DNA of 64,000 nt from Limisphaerales bacterium (lineage in GTDB: Bacteria; Verrucomicrobiota; Verrucomicrobiia; Limisphaerales; JAJOIW01): NCBI GenBank assembly GCA_965657355.1, contig CBFHOE010000006.1, positions 47,217 through 111,216 on the forward strand. The letters run 5' to 3'. The notes beneath the pieces were generated by a model. The model had not been told where the DNA came from, searched no databases, and saw nothing but the letters and a program-made list of their open reading frames with translations. Made by a program: the position numbers and the translations under genes. Below are positions 1-8,372 of this stretch, piece after piece (the stretch's first letter is position 1; every line of letters begins with the position of its first letter).

Positions 1-293
1 TTCAAAGCCAGCATTTCCTTCTCAATTTCTACAGTATTGCCATCAGCACGAGTTGCTTTCGCATTTTGGTCTTTGGAAACAGTGGGAACCAAATTGGCAA
101 AAGCAGATATTTTCTCGTTCTTAAGAGTCTTTACGAACGTCTTTTCAAAAGTTGAGTCGAGATCAACACGCTTATAATTAGGTGTTTCGGCATTGGCCAG
201 GTTAGAGGCTATCGCCTCATGCCTCATTTGCACGGCGTCTAGATAGACTTTCGATGCCTGATAGTTTGTTTGCTGGAATAGGGAATCCACCAT
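1..293 (-). CDS. flgB: Flagellar basal-body rod protein FlgB (3' end runs off the window)
   Basis: Not in the ORF track. Translated by hand from the ATG at 293: MVDSLFQQTNYQASKVYLDAVQMRHEAIASNLANAETPNYKRVDL...RADGNTVEIEKEM. This carries the FlgB N-terminal 'SNLANxxTPxYK' and C-terminal 'DGNxVxxExEM' motifs. Confidence 0.93.
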   Translation of the reverse strand, partial: MVDSLFQQTNYQASKVYLDAVQMRHEAIASNLANAETPNYKRVDLDSTFEKTFVKTLKNEKISAFANLVPTVSKDQNAKATRADGNTVEIEKEMLAL

Positions 294-307
294 ATCGAGG
301 TTTATAC

Positions 308-323
308 AGCAGTGCGCGTGCCA
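308..323 (-). promoter_or_regulatory. Sigma-54 (-24/-12) promoter of flgB
   Basis: Minus strand reads TGGCAC-GCGCA-CTGCT, one mismatch from the TGGCAC-N5-TTGC consensus, and ends 14 nt before the flgB ATG. Confidence 0.75.
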
Positions 324-450
324 CTTATGAATTTAATGCCAACTGGTTGATGGATAGTTAAATATGCCATCTTTAATCGGCAAATATTACCAGCGATAAG
401 GCAGGTGAATAAAAACGAAGTCAAAAAACGAGCAAGTAGGAATTTTTTTC

Positions 451-1491
451 CTACTGCAATTTTCTTTCGTGAGCGGGGTCATTAACTAATTTTTTCCCGA
501 CCCTGTAAAAGACATAAAAAAGGCCGAAGAAGCCGGCTACAGATAGTAATGAAAGCAAAACACCTGTCATCTGAAGCCTTTCCCATTCTTTCGACATGGT
601 CCAAAAAAACTGAAGTAGACATAGGAATGAAACGATCCACATGGTTGGTTTACGTCCCATTTTTTTGACTATTATTGCCCCAAGAGGTGCCCCAATAGCC
701 ACAACCGGGGCAGCTGCGAGCCAATAACCATAAACTGCAGGACTCATTCCTAGAGTTAAGGATTGTGTCAGAGTCCCCAAAACTGAGGTATACGCCATCA
801 ATATGACTGAAGTCGGAATCGCAAGTCTTAAATCTGTCCTAAAAACCAGAACTAAGACAGCATAGAGGGCTAAATCTACACCAACCCCGAGAATAGATGA
901 TATTAGGAGACTTGAAAAAAATCCGGTACCAAGCCCATAAACTAACTCAAGTTTCTCATGTGGTTTGGGGTGGTCTGAATAAGATGAGAATTCATTTAGT
1001 TTCCAGAGGTGCAAAACTCCGAAGCCTGCCCAAAAAATGGCAAAAAATATTTGAATGAGAAATCCAGAGATATGCGGGCTAATGAAAAGAATTCCCAGCG
1101 GAGTGCCTAATGTGGAACCTAAAATCGCCCATCTGAGAAAGCGAAAAGCAACAGGGTGTGAGAGACAGAATATGAATATACTGGCGCTCACCATTCCGAC
1201 AGATTGGATAGCAAAACTGAAATCTCGCCCTAAACCAGGCGTTTCGCCTAATAAGAGTGTTAGTACAGGAAAGCCGATCGTGCCGCCTCCCATGGGTGTT
1301 GATCCTGCAAAATAGGAGCCTAATGCCATCGCGGCAGAAATCGGCCAATGATTGATGATTGCCTGAAACTCGCCCCTGATCATGACGAGCACCAACCATG
1401 AGCCATAAACGAGCACCAACCACGAAATAAGGATTATTCGACGAAGATTATTACCTCGGGTAAGCATGAATCTCGATTCCAGCAGCTTCAA
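451..1491 (-). CDS. TauE/SafE-family (sulfite exporter-like) membrane protein
   Basis: About 9-10 hydrophobic segments. GSTPMGGG, QSVGM, 'PTSVILMA' and 'APVVAIGAPLG' motifs. True start is probably downstream of the TTG. Confidence 0.8.
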   Translation of the reverse strand: MKLLESRFMLTRGNNLRRIILISWLVLVYGSWLVLVMIRGEFQAIINHWPISAAMALGSYFAGSTPMGGGTIGFPVLTLLLGETPGLGRDFSFAIQSVGMVSASIFIFCLSHPVAFRFLRWAILGSTLGTPLGILFISPHISGFLIQIFFAIFWAGFGVLHLWKLNEFSSYSDHPKPHEKLELVYGLGTGFFSSLLISSILGVGVDLALYAVLVLVFRTDLRLAIPTSVILMAYTSVLGTLTQSLTLGMSPAVYGYWLAAAPVVAIGAPLGAIIVKKMGRKPTMWIVSFLCLLQFFWTMSKEWERLQMTGVLLSLLSVAGFFGLFYVFYRVGKKLVNDPAHERKLQ

Positions 1492-1575
1492 ATTAAATAA
1501 AGAGAACTTAGTGTTGTGAAGATCTCCTGGCCTTCAAAATACGAGAGACTGAACATAAAACAATAGGCCAGACAC

Positions 1576-1610
1576 AAAAAAGCCAGGCCAAATTGCAGGA
1601 CCTGGTCTTT
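1576..1610 (-). terminator. Probable intrinsic terminator of the ECF operon
   Basis: Minus strand stem CCAGGTC/GGCCTGG followed by CTTTTTT, about 80 nt past the stop at 1690. Confidence 0.55.
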
Positions 1611-1689
1611 GGGTCTAATTGAATGAATGTTGGGGGTGGCGCATGGGAACCGAGTGCCGGGGATTCTGTCCCTCTACGCTGTAGAAGCG

Positions 1690-2265
1690 CTATCTCCCGC
1701 CGGGTTCCATTGGTCTCGGTCTTTCAGCTTTTGCACCGCCAGGCGAGCGATGAAAGTGGTGATGGGGATGAAAGCCTTCTCTTTCACCTTTTTCTCCCAG
1801 TCTTTGATTGTCTTTACCACTGGAAGGCCGTCTACCACTTCTTCCTTTGGATCTCGCCTCACGAAATTCCTCCATGAGAGCATCAAATTTATCGGCTTGC
1901 TCAGATGTGAGGACAGCTTTTATTTTGGCGTTTGTCAGTGACATTTGATCACTCGCTTTGGGCTTAACATCTTCCCAAATCTTTCTCATCGTGAGATTGC
2001 TTTCCTCAATGATTGTATTGATCTGATTCTTTTGGTCTTCGGTGATCTCGATTTTGCTTTCAAGGAATCGAACAAAATAACGGAGTGGATCACGCCCCAT
2101 CCATGGAGCCCTAGCACCGCTACCCAGTCGAGTTTGGACAGTAGTCACCTCGGATTTATGCTTCAGAGCATAAAAGTATCCGGTCGCCCCGCCAGAGGCA
2201 AAAATGAAAACTGCTGCTGCTAAGATCTGAATGTAGCTCATCAAAAAATTTCGCGATTGGCTCAA
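1690..2265 (-). CDS. Membrane-anchored periplasmic helical protein (Spy/CpxP-like) with a His-rich tail
   Basis: N-terminal TM segment, 'ITEDQK' and 'VLTSEQADKF' LTxxQ-like motifs, tail FHPHHHFH. Third gene of the ECF operon. Confidence 0.6.
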   Translation of the reverse strand: MSQSRNFLMSYIQILAAAVFIFASGGATGYFYALKHKSEVTTVQTRLGSGARAPWMGRDPLRYFVRFLESKIEITEDQKNQINTIIEESNLTMRKIWEDVKPKASDQMSLTNAKIKAVLTSEQADKFDALMEEFREARSKGRSGRRPSSGKDNQRLGEKGEREGFHPHHHFHRSPGGAKAERPRPMEPGGR

Positions 2266-2270
2266 AAAAA

Positions 2271-2597
2271 CTACCAGATTTCGCTTTCCTGCATGAATGG
2301 CGTCATTACGGCGTCTTCCAATGCTAAATCAGCGGCCAGAGTGTATTCATGACTGGATTGCGTGATGATGATTGCAACGATCATTATGGCAAATGCTGGA
2401 GCACATGCTGCCCAAAAGCCTCGTGCTATTTTTCTCGCTGGCGAATTTTTCTCGCTCAGTGAGGAGATTTCTCGCATCACTTTCGTCGGAAATCCATATG
2501 GGACTCTGTCGTCTGCAGGAATTTGTCTGACGTTTTGGATCAATTGACTCTTTAATCGCTCCAAGCTCATGTGTTCATTTCTTTCCAATTTCAACAT
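2271..2597 (-). CDS. Putative anti-sigma factor (single TM)
   Basis: Small, has 'VPYGFPTKVM' before one TM helix, and lies directly downstream of the ECF sigma gene. Confidence 0.6.
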   Translation of the reverse strand: MLKLERNEHMSLERLKSQLIQNVRQIPADDRVPYGFPTKVMREISSLSEKNSPARKIARGFWAACAPAFAIMIVAIIITQSSHEYTLAADLALEDAVMTPFMQESEIW

Positions 2598-2624
2598 ATT
2601 AGACGTCGTCTAAACTAGTTTAGG

Positions 2625-3245
2625 TTACAAGTATTGGTCTAAATCTATATTTTCCAAGTGTTTTCTCATTTCTTTTCGGGCCCGAAAGGCTCGGACTTTG
2701 ACCAAGGAGACCGACCAACCGGTAATTTCTGAAATCTCTTTCACCGATTTCTGTTCAATTTCTTGGAGCTGGAGGATGAGCTGGCCGCTGGGGGACATCA
2801 TTTCCATAAGCCTAGTGACAAGTTCCTTGGCTCCCTGCTGATTGCTATAATTATCTTCGGGTGCTTTGAGGAAATCCTGAAGCCAGTCCTTTTCTGGATC
2901 TGTAAGCTCTGTGAAAGAATTCTCCTTATTTCTCTGATGCTTTCGGAGAAAATCATAACAAGTCCTTACGGTGAGACGCATAATCCAATGTTCAAAAGGC
3001 GCTTCAGCCCTGTAAGTATGTAGTTTGCGGAAGACTTTAATGAATACCTCCTGAGCAATATCATCAACTTCATTTTCCCTTCTCGCATACTTCCTTACTG
3101 TGGCAAACACTCGAGCTTGATATCGAAGAATTATCTCTTCAAATGCCTGAGAATCTCCCCCCACAACCTTTTTGATAATCACTTTATCGGATTGTGTTAG
3201 CTCTTCTCCTGGATTCGAAGGCTGATTTGGGTCGTCTCGACTCAT
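2625..3245 (-). CDS. ECF RNA polymerase sigma-70 factor
   Basis: Region 2 'DDIAQEVFIKVF...FEHWIMRLTVRTCYD' and region 4 'SVKEISEITGWSVSLVKVRAFRAR'. Confidence 0.93.
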   Translation of the reverse strand: MSRDDPNQPSNPGEELTQSDKVIIKKVVGGDSQAFEEIILRYQARVFATVRKYARRENEVDDIAQEVFIKVFRKLHTYRAEAPFEHWIMRLTVRTCYDFLRKHQRNKENSFTELTDPEKDWLQDFLKAPEDNYSNQQGAKELVTRLMEMMSPSGQLILQLQEIEQKSVKEISEITGWSVSLVKVRAFRARKEMRKHLENIDLDQYL

Positions 3246-3347
3246 TTTAATATTTTAATAGAAAGAAGCACTCAAGCTGCTCACTGAATCATTAATAACT
3301 GTAAAATATGTGACATCAGACTCAAAAAATAGAGAATTGTTCAAATA

Positions 3348-4835
3348 TTAAGCTTTCGTCTTCTGGCGAAGCTTGGGCTTTTTATCAGGTAAGACAGGTT
3401 TTTGTGAGTCATTAAGGGCCAAAATTAATCCCAAAATAACAAATGAGGTGACTAAGCTTGTTCCGCCATGACTCACAAAATTCAATGGGACGCCAGTCAA
3501 AGGAAGAACTTTCACCACGCCCCCAATATTGACGATCATTTGCACAGCCAGGACCGACACTAGTCCTGATCCCAAGATTCTACCGAAATCATCTGGAGTT
3601 GCCTCGGTGACCCTATATGCCCGGTTGATAAAAACCACCATGAGAATGATGAGAATAAAACACCCAAGGAAGCCCATTTCTTCACCGATGACAGAATAAA
3701 TAAAATCTGAATTTGCTATGGGAATTCTCTCTGGATCACCCTGTCCCCAGCCCTCGCCCCATAGCCCACCGGAATACATACCGCTAAAGGATTGTAATAT
3801 TTGCCATCCATCACCTCGAGGGTCAGAAAATGGATTGAACCAGACGTCAAACCTTGCGAGAGCATGTGGAAACTGATTCTGAACGATTGCGACAGCGATT
3901 ACTAATCCTGCTCCCATGAGGGGGAGAATCCACCATATGCCAATGCCAGCAAAAATCTGAAACCCGATAGAAACACATAAAATGAGAACCATACCGAGAT
4001 CCCTCTGGTAAACTAACCCGCCCAAGATGACCAACATGGAAATCCCCATAGGCAACCAAACCACGGGACTAAGTTTCTTTGACTGCGATGGCTTTTTCTT
4101 TCTCTTTACATTTTTCTTTGGTGCTTTTTTTCGATTTTTAATGGATTTGTTTTCCCTAAATGCCAACAAAAGAAAACCTGTCATCGTTAATGGGATAAAA
4201 AGTTTGAGCACTTCAGTGGGAGTAAGGTTACCTGACAGCATGATTGCCCCTCTGAATCGTTCTCCAGAATAAATGACATATCCCACAACCCCTAAACTTC
4301 CTATCAGCCAAAGCGGCCATACTTTTTTTAAAAATAAATACCTACCATTTCTAAAAAGTTGATGGGTAATCACCATGAGAATAATGCCAATCGGGAATGC
4401 CAGAGCCCCGGGCCGCTGCCATGAATCTCCAGTAAAGACCCCCTCGTAGACTTTCATCCTGTATTGAGCCAGAATTCCAAAACCAGCCAAACAGAGCACA
4501 ATACCGACCATGACAGGATCAGATTTTGATCGTGAAACGAGCATGACGAGGTGCGTTGTTATGATACACCCCACCCAAATAAGCAGCATTATCCATTGAT
4601 TAAAATCAAAGCCGGCTTCAGATGAAGAGCTACCAGAGGATACTTCCGCATGTCTCGATCCCAGGATAGAAAGGAAGCCAAGAAAGATCATTAACATGGC
4701 CGCGCTCAGTATTTGCCTCTCGGGTCTTCTGAAAGCCCATAAATTTTGGGCGGCATCCTGATTTGAGGGATTGGCTTTTCTTTTCTTAGCACTTTTCTTA
4801 CTTGAGCCAGCCATATTAATTTGGACTATTGACAA
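3348..4835 (-). CDS. FtsW/RodA/SpoVE (SEDS) peptidoglycan glycosyltransferase
   Basis: 'PTEVLK', 'QRDLG', 'GGLWGEG', 'SDFIYSVIGEEMG' and 'LPLTGVPLNFVSHGGTS' SEDS motifs. Confidence 0.92.
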   Translation of the reverse strand: MSIVQINMAGSSKKSAKKRKANPSNQDAAQNLWAFRRPERQILSAAMLMIFLGFLSILGSRHAEVSSGSSSSEAGFDFNQWIMLLIWVGCIITTHLVMLVSRSKSDPVMVGIVLCLAGFGILAQYRMKVYEGVFTGDSWQRPGALAFPIGIILMVITHQLFRNGRYLFLKKVWPLWLIGSLGVVGYVIYSGERFRGAIMLSGNLTPTEVLKLFIPLTMTGFLLLAFRENKSIKNRKKAPKKNVKRKKKPSQSKKLSPVVWLPMGISMLVILGGLVYQRDLGMVLILCVSIGFQIFAGIGIWWILPLMGAGLVIAVAIVQNQFPHALARFDVWFNPFSDPRGDGWQILQSFSGMYSGGLWGEGWGQGDPERIPIANSDFIYSVIGEEMGFLGCFILIILMVVFINRAYRVTEATPDDFGRILGSGLVSVLAVQMIVNIGGVVKVLPLTGVPLNFVSHGGTSLVTSFVILGLILALNDSQKPVLPDKKPKLRQKTKA

Positions 4836-4918
4836 AGCACTGTCGTCGAGAACGTGCTCATACGCATAGGGGTTATTTATTAAAAATCGAACTACTGAAA
4901 GTATGGTGATAGATTCTT

Positions 4919-6520
4919 TTATTTAAAATAATCTTTTTTAGCAGCCTCAAGAAAAACAGACCGCGCAACGGGAAGAGCTGCTGAGCTACCGGAACCTCCA
5001 TTTTCAAGAAGCACACATATTGCCATTTTGGGTTTGTCATATGGAGCGAAGCCAAGAAACCAAGCATGTGCCTTCCCTCTCGGATTTTGCGCACTTCCTG
5101 TCTTTCCCGCAACTTCAAGACCTCTTATTTGAATTCCTGTAGCCGTACCCTCAGTAACGACACCTCGCATCATTTTTGATAACTTTTTTGCGGTAGGGGC
5201 AGTGAGGGCCCTCCTGTACACTTTTGGTGGGTCTGTAAATGTTAACCTAGGCTGAGGTATGACACCTTGGTTAGCAACGGCTGCTGCCATGAGGAGCATG
5301 TGGCCCGTGTTGCATTGAAGAGTTCCTTGGCCAATAGACATCTGTGCCAGAGCGAAGGGATCATCTATTTTCGCAGAATCTACCCGAATAGGCTTAATCT
5401 TCATACTTCCAACTTCACTCGAAAATAGGGTTACAGGGTCTCTCCAACGAAAGCGACCGATCAAGTCGTTAAAGGCGTATGCCTTGATATGTTCGACTAA
5501 TAAGCGAGCGAAATAGATATTGGATGACTCAGCCAATGCTTCACTCATTTTTATTTTGCCATGCCCCTTCCATTTTCTTCCTCGAGCTCGATAAGAATTA
5601 TATTGGTGGTCATGTATAGGGCTTAAGGACTTAATAGGGGAATAACCTTCCCCTGGACAATCGATCAAAGGGTTCAAATCAACTTCGAGCGCAAGTGCGG
5701 CCATAGCTACCTTGAAAATAGAACCAGGAGGCACCATACCTGACGTGTTGCGATCAAGAAGAAGAGCATCGTCACGAGAGGCTTTATACACGGATTCATC
5801 GACGGTATTTGGATCGAATGCTGGCAAACTCACCATAGTCACTATATCTCCAGATGGAATAAGCATGGTGATAACAGCTCCTCGCCTTTTCCCAATGGCC
5901 TCGTATGCCTTTAGTTGTAAATCGACATCTAAAGTCGTTTTAAGATTCTGCCCTTTTCCACTCGGACGGTTGATCAGAATATCACCCCCAATTTTGGCTA
6001 GATCATTTTTATCTTTAATTTTGAGCCCAGCAAGAAAAGGAAGAGCTAATTTTTCAAGGCTATTTGGAGCATATCTGGCGTGACCGACGGGATGAGCGAA
6101 AGCTTTACCATATGGAAAATATCTTTCGGTTTTTCCATCGACAACCCTACTTTTGGCGATGGGCCTGCCCTCTCGATCGAGAATACTACCGATTAGCATT
6201 TGATGGGCAGGGTTGTCTTTCCTCTTGTCGTAGGTTTGCATGAACTCCACAAAGCGAGGTCGCAGGTGCCCGGTAAGTTGCCAACTCGCTTGGTAAAGAA
6301 GAAAAACAATGAATGAAATAATAATTCCATACCTCAAAAAAATAAATGGCCCCTTGCTTGGGCTGACTTGAGGTTTTGACTTCTGTGTCTTGGCGAAAAG
6401 GCTTATCCAAATTATCCTGAGGCATAAAAGAAAAATGACGACCTGAATGCAGACGACTAATCCTGGCCATCGCTCAGGAGTCATCAATGTTGTCATAACC
6501 TCTTCCATCCAATCCATCAT
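4919..6520 (-). CDS. Class B penicillin-binding protein (transpeptidase)
   Basis: SxxK (GSIFK), SxN (SSN) and KTG (GKTGSAQ) motifs, 'GSILDREG', and N-terminal TM segments. Confidence 0.92.
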   Translation of the reverse strand: MMDWMEEVMTTLMTPERWPGLVVCIQVVIFLLCLRIIWISLFAKTQKSKPQVSPSKGPFIFLRYGIIISFIVFLLYQASWQLTGHLRPRFVEFMQTYDKRKDNPAHQMLIGSILDREGRPIAKSRVVDGKTERYFPYGKAFAHPVGHARYAPNSLEKLALPFLAGLKIKDKNDLAKIGGDILINRPSGKGQNLKTTLDVDLQLKAYEAIGKRRGAVITMLIPSGDIVTMVSLPAFDPNTVDESVYKASRDDALLLDRNTSGMVPPGSIFKVAMAALALEVDLNPLIDCPGEGYSPIKSLSPIHDHQYNSYRARGRKWKGHGKIKMSEALAESSNIYFARLLVEHIKAYAFNDLIGRFRWRDPVTLFSSEVGSMKIKPIRVDSAKIDDPFALAQMSIGQGTLQCNTGHMLLMAAAVANQGVIPQPRLTFTDPPKVYRRALTAPTAKKLSKMMRGVVTEGTATGIQIRGLEVAGKTGSAQNPRGKAHAWFLGFAPYDKPKMAICVLLENGGSGSSAALPVARSVFLEAAKKDYFK

Positions 6521-6715
6521 CTTCTAGTAGATTTTTATCAAGAACTAGCAGTTTTACCAGATTTTGATTTCATGGATTTACCCCCCTATTTCAGATGCAG
6601 AAATGAATTTTAATATCCGTCTGCCACTTTCCAAATAAAAATATTTATGAAAATTGGGTTCTTGAATGGTATGAATGCGACTTGCCAACAAATGAGAATT
6701 TGAGAATCTTTATTT

Positions 6716-7237
6716 ATGTCGAAAGAATTGACTAAAGTGAATTTGGGGTGTGGCCAGAGATATATGGACGGATGGGTCAATTGTGATGTCGTAGAATCTG
6801 TAAAAGCTGACATGTATTTTAATTTTGAGAATTTCCCATTTCCCTTGGAGTCGAATTCAGCTGAATTAATTTTGATGGACAATGTTTTGGAGCACCTTTC
6901 TGAGATCCCAAAGACAATGGAAGAGCTACACCGTATATTGGCTCCTGGAGGAGAGCTTATTATAAAAGTCCCATATGGAAAATCTGACTGGGCTCTTCAA
7001 GACCCGACTCATAAACATTATTTTACAGAAAGAAGCATGGACTACTTCTGCCGTGGGAATGACTATAATTTCTATACCACATGCACCTTTAATCTCGTTA
7101 GAGCCGAGCTTGTCGCAGACTCCGTTTCCATAAAACACAAGCTGCGCAACTTCATCCCATTTAGAAATATACTCAGGTTCTTTTTCTTCAACTTATACGA
7201 TGGCATTCATTTTGTTTTGGAAAAACCAAAAAATTAG
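6716..7237 (+). CDS. SAM-dependent methyltransferase (type 11-like)
   Basis: 'NLGCG', 'VLEHL', 'RILAPGG' and 'DPTHK' motifs. Confidence 0.85.
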   Translation: MSKELTKVNLGCGQRYMDGWVNCDVVESVKADMYFNFENFPFPLESNSAELILMDNVLEHLSEIPKTMEELHRILAPGGELIIKVPYGKSDWALQDPTHKHYFTERSMDYFCRGNDYNFYTTCTFNLVRAELVADSVSIKHKLRNFIPFRNILRFFFFNLYDGIHFVLEKPKN

Positions 7238-7275
7238 TTTGGTTCCCAGACAATTCATCTAACTTTGAAGTCTGA

Positions 7276-8256
7276 CTAGAGTTTATTTATGAACCTATCG
7301 CCAACTTTGAATTTCTTTGCTGATTGAATAGAATCTATTGAGAGCCTTTTAGCACCCGGGAATTGTATCTCTAAAAGCTCGATTGCTGAATGACCACCGC
7401 ATTTGACGACTACTTGGTTCTTATTTGCCACAACAATTTCACCTGGGGTCGATTCGATATTATCATCATTTTCAATGGCTTTTATTTTCCAGATCTTTAC
7501 CAAATCAGGCTTTTCTGATTGTTGAGAGCTTAAATACGTGTAGGATCCCGGCCAAGGAGAAAAGGCATTGGTGTGTGCCTTTATTTCGGAAGCCTTTTTA
7601 TACCAATCGATCAGGCCGTCTAATTTATTGATTTTTCTGGCATGTGAGGATTCTTGGTGATTTTGCTCATAAGGAGACATCTCTCCGGACAAATAACCGG
7701 ATATCGTTTTGATTAAAAGTGCTCCGCCAATTTTGGCTAATCTGTCATGTAGCATGCCAGATGTTTCTTCGGGATCTATGGGGGTTTTCTCAATACTAAT
7801 GATGTCACCTGTATCCATTCCTTTGTCCATTTTCATTATCGTAACGCCTGTTTCCTTTTGCTGGTCGTGAATGGCCCATTGAATAGGAGCCGCGCCCCTA
7901 TATTTTGGAAGAATGGAGGTGTGCACATTCAAACATCCATGTGTAGGCAATGATAAAACGGATTCAGATAATAACTGGCCATAGGCTGCGACAACGCCAA
8001 GATCTGGTTTCCATGATTGCAATACTTTAAGGGAATCAGGAGACTTTATTTTTTCTGGTTGAAAAACTTCAAGACCTCGCTCCATTGCTAGTAGTTTTAC
8101 TGGGGTAGGCTGATGTTTCATTTTTCGACCGGCTGGCCTATCGGGTTGTGAAACTATACCAACAACCTCATGCATTGATTCGTCCAGTAAAGCCCTTAGC
8201 ACCTCCTGCGCTAAAGTAGCAGTTCCCATAAAAACTATTCTGATAGGTCTATCCAT
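7276..8256 (-). CDS. fmt: Methionyl-tRNA formyltransferase
   Basis: 'IVFMGT', 'QPDRPAGR', 'VAAYGQ', 'NVHTSILPKYRGAAPIQWAI' and 'MDTGDI'. Confidence 0.97.
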   Translation of the reverse strand: MDRPIRIVFMGTATLAQEVLRALLDESMHEVVGIVSQPDRPAGRKMKHQPTPVKLLAMERGLEVFQPEKIKSPDSLKVLQSWKPDLGVVAAYGQLLSESVLSLPTHGCLNVHTSILPKYRGAAPIQWAIHDQQKETGVTIMKMDKGMDTGDIISIEKTPIDPEETSGMLHDRLAKIGGALLIKTISGYLSGEMSPYEQNHQESSHARKINKLDGLIDWYKKASEIKAHTNAFSPWPGSYTYLSSQQSEKPDLVKIWKIKAIENDDNIESTPGEIVVANKNQVVVKCGGHSAIELLEIQFPGAKRLSIDSIQSAKKFKVGDRFINKL

Positions 8257-8293
8257 GATTAACCTGTGAAATGTTGCCTCGATGACTTGGTTG

Positions 8294-8333
8294 AAATAAA
8301 AAATAAACGCAGGTTCTAAAGGACCCGCGTTTT
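8294..8333 (-). terminator. Probable intrinsic terminator
   Basis: Minus strand AAACGCGGGTCC-TTTA-GAACCTGCGTTT followed by ATTTTTTATTT, just after the stop at 8373. Confidence 0.55.
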
Positions 8334-8372
8334 GGAAAACGACTCTAGAATCTATACTGAATTAAACCAAAC

